64,000 nucleotides of DNA from Betaproteobacteria bacterium (GTDB lineage Bacteria; Pseudomonadota; Gammaproteobacteria; Burkholderiales; JACQAP01): positions 205,114 to 269,113 of the forward strand of contig JACQAP010000005.1 of NCBI GenBank assembly GCA_016194905.1. Direction: 5' to 3'. Position 1 is the first letter of the stretch. Each line of letters begins with the position of its first letter. A program made the translations under genes and the position numbers. Below are positions 62,828 through 64,000 of the stretch, piece by piece. The notes under the pieces are model-generated. The model did not search any database. It worked only from the letters and a program-made list of their open reading frames with translations, and was not told the origin of the DNA.

Positions 62828-63268
62828 ATGACTCGACCCGCACCCGATCCGCGCGACGCCTACCGTCACTTCCAGACGATTGCGACCCGCTGGATGGACA
62901 ACGACGTATACGGTCATGTGAACAACGTCGTCTACTACAGTTATTTCGACACGGTGGTAAACCAGTATCTGATCGAGCAGCGCGTGCTGGATATCGAAAA
63001 AAGCAAGGTGATCGGGCTGGTGGTGGAAACCCAGTGCCACTACTTCGCCCCGTTCACCTTTCCGGATGTCGTGCATGCCGGATTGCGGGTCGCCAAGCTC
63101 GGCAACAGCAGCGTGCGTTACGAAATCGGATTGTTCAGAAACGAGGAGAAAACGGCCTCGGCGCAAGGACATTTCGTCCACGTGTACGTGGATCGCACCT
63201 CGCGCCGATCAGCCGCGGTTCCCGCCGACATGCGCACGGCCCTGGAAAAGATCATCGCTAACCGATAG
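62828..63268 (+). CDS. Hotdog-fold acyl-CoA thioesterase (YbgC/4HBT-like)
   Basis: RWMDNDVYGHVNNVVYYSYFD is typical of 4HBT thioesterases. It is the ATG-initiated part of ORF 62036..63268. Confidence 0.85.
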   Translation: MTRPAPDPRDAYRHFQTIATRWMDNDVYGHVNNVVYYSYFDTVVNQYLIEQRVLDIEKSKVIGLVVETQCHYFAPFTFPDVVHAGLRVAKLGNSSVRYEIGLFRNEEKTASAQGHFVHVYVDRTSRRSAAVPADMRTALEKIIANR

Positions 63269-63331
63269 CTGCGGAAGGTAATCCGTCACACGTGCGTTTT
63301 CATTCCAGACCAGCTTCATTCCAGGCCAGCT

Positions 63332-63844
63332 TCATTCCAGATCAAAGAATTCATGACCGTAGCGCACCGTGCCTGAAACCCTGGCGAACGCGCCGGGTTC
63401 GAGTTCGATCGCCATGAAAGCATTGTCGGCTGCGGGGAACGGACACTTCAGCCCAAAACGCGCCGCCGGCACGAATCCGAACCGCGCGTAGTAGACCGGA
63501 TCGCCAAGCACCAGCACGCGCGCCTGCCGTGCCGACCGGCAGCGTTCCAGTCCGGCACTGACGAGCGCGCTGCCGATACCGAGACGCTGAAACGCGGGCA
63601 CCACCGCAAGCGGCGCCAATGCCAGCGCACTCACCTCGCCTCCTTCGGCATCCGTGACAATCTTCGAGAATACGACGTGTCCAAGAATGCGTTCTCTTTC
63701 TTCGGCCACGAGCGCCGATGCGATTTTGCCGGATGCGCGCAAACGATCGACCAACCGCGCCTCCGCTTCGCGCCCAAAGGACGCGAGCAGAAGCGCGCGA
63801 ACCGTATCGAAATCCCGAGACTGTTCCGGCCGGATCAGGGGCAT
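63332..63844 (-). CDS. GNAT-family N-acetyltransferase
   Basis: 170 aa. Acetyl-CoA binding motif FQRLGIGSALV and the overall GNAT pattern. Confidence 0.85.
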   Translation of the reverse strand: MPLIRPEQSRDFDTVRALLLASFGREAEARLVDRLRASGKIASALVAEERERILGHVVFSKIVTDAEGGEVSALALAPLAVVPAFQRLGIGSALVSAGLERCRSARQARVLVLGDPVYYARFGFVPAARFGLKCPFPAADNAFMAIELEPGAFARVSGTVRYGHEFFDLE

Positions 63845-63847
63845 GAG

Positions 63848-64000
63848 CTAGCCGCCCGGTCCGCCGCCGTTGACGAACACGATCTGCCCCGTCATATAAC
63901 TGGCGGCATCGGAAACCAGGAAGGCCACGGCTTCGGCGATTTCCTTCGGCTCACCCTTGCGTCCGAGGGGGACCGATTTGATGAATGCGTCGGCGCGCTC
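63848..64000 (-). CDS. Short-chain dehydrogenase/reductase, C-terminal part only (gene continues beyond window)
   Basis: The reverse translation ends ...[40 protein letters not shown]-stop, a typical SDR C-terminus. Confidence 0.7.
   Translation of the reverse strand, partial: ERADAFIKSVPLGRKGEPKEIAEAVAFLVSDAASYMTGQIVFVNGGGPGG

Overview
GC-rich bacterial chromosomal segment (GC judged by eye, not computed) with gene content typical of a beta- or gamma-proteobacterium. The backbone carries a membrane H+-pyrophosphatase (5' partial), yaeQ, a two-subunit CoA-transferase, a TauE/LysR pair, an MBL hydrolase with a PcaC-like decarboxylase, a Liv-type ABC uptake operon with PrpD-family and HIBADH-like genes, an MFS-acyltransferase fusion, fbaB, an enolase-like/kinase pair and small housekeeping genes. 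Accessory content: (1) Two toxin-antitoxin cassettes (higBA, RHH/PIN) are each bracketed by diverged copies of the yaeQ 3' end. A visibly lower-GC membrane-protein segment follows and ends at a tRNA 3'-end-like fragment. (2) Five copies of a ~150-185 bp palindromic MITE-like element sit in intergenic regions between 2.1 and 13.8 kb; the arm sequence differs between copies but stays self-complementary. (3) A 12-gene minus-strand type II secretion / MSHA-like type IV filament cluster (21.0-30.5 kb) has a TPR-secretin-cohesin fusion and an upstream DUF1111 di-haem protein. (4) A gene-poor variable region (35.4-39 kb) holds a decayed copy of a T1SS ABC transporter 5' end. (5) A ~11.9 kb mosaic island (about 43.4-55.3 kb) replaces the core of a T1SS ABC transporter gene next to an intact hlyD. 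It carries a secreted HNH nuclease, a 984-aa fused methyltransferase/restriction-like enzyme, a truncated P-loop ATPase, a Lys-rich protein with a nucleoside-2-deoxyribosyltransferase-like domain and a RAYT-type transposase. It also carries a two-gene module: an LCAT-like alpha/beta hydrolase plus a GAF / class III nucleotide cyclase / caspase fusion. That module is my best candidate for an undescribed signalling or defence system. All domain calls come from motif recognition by eye; no searches were run.
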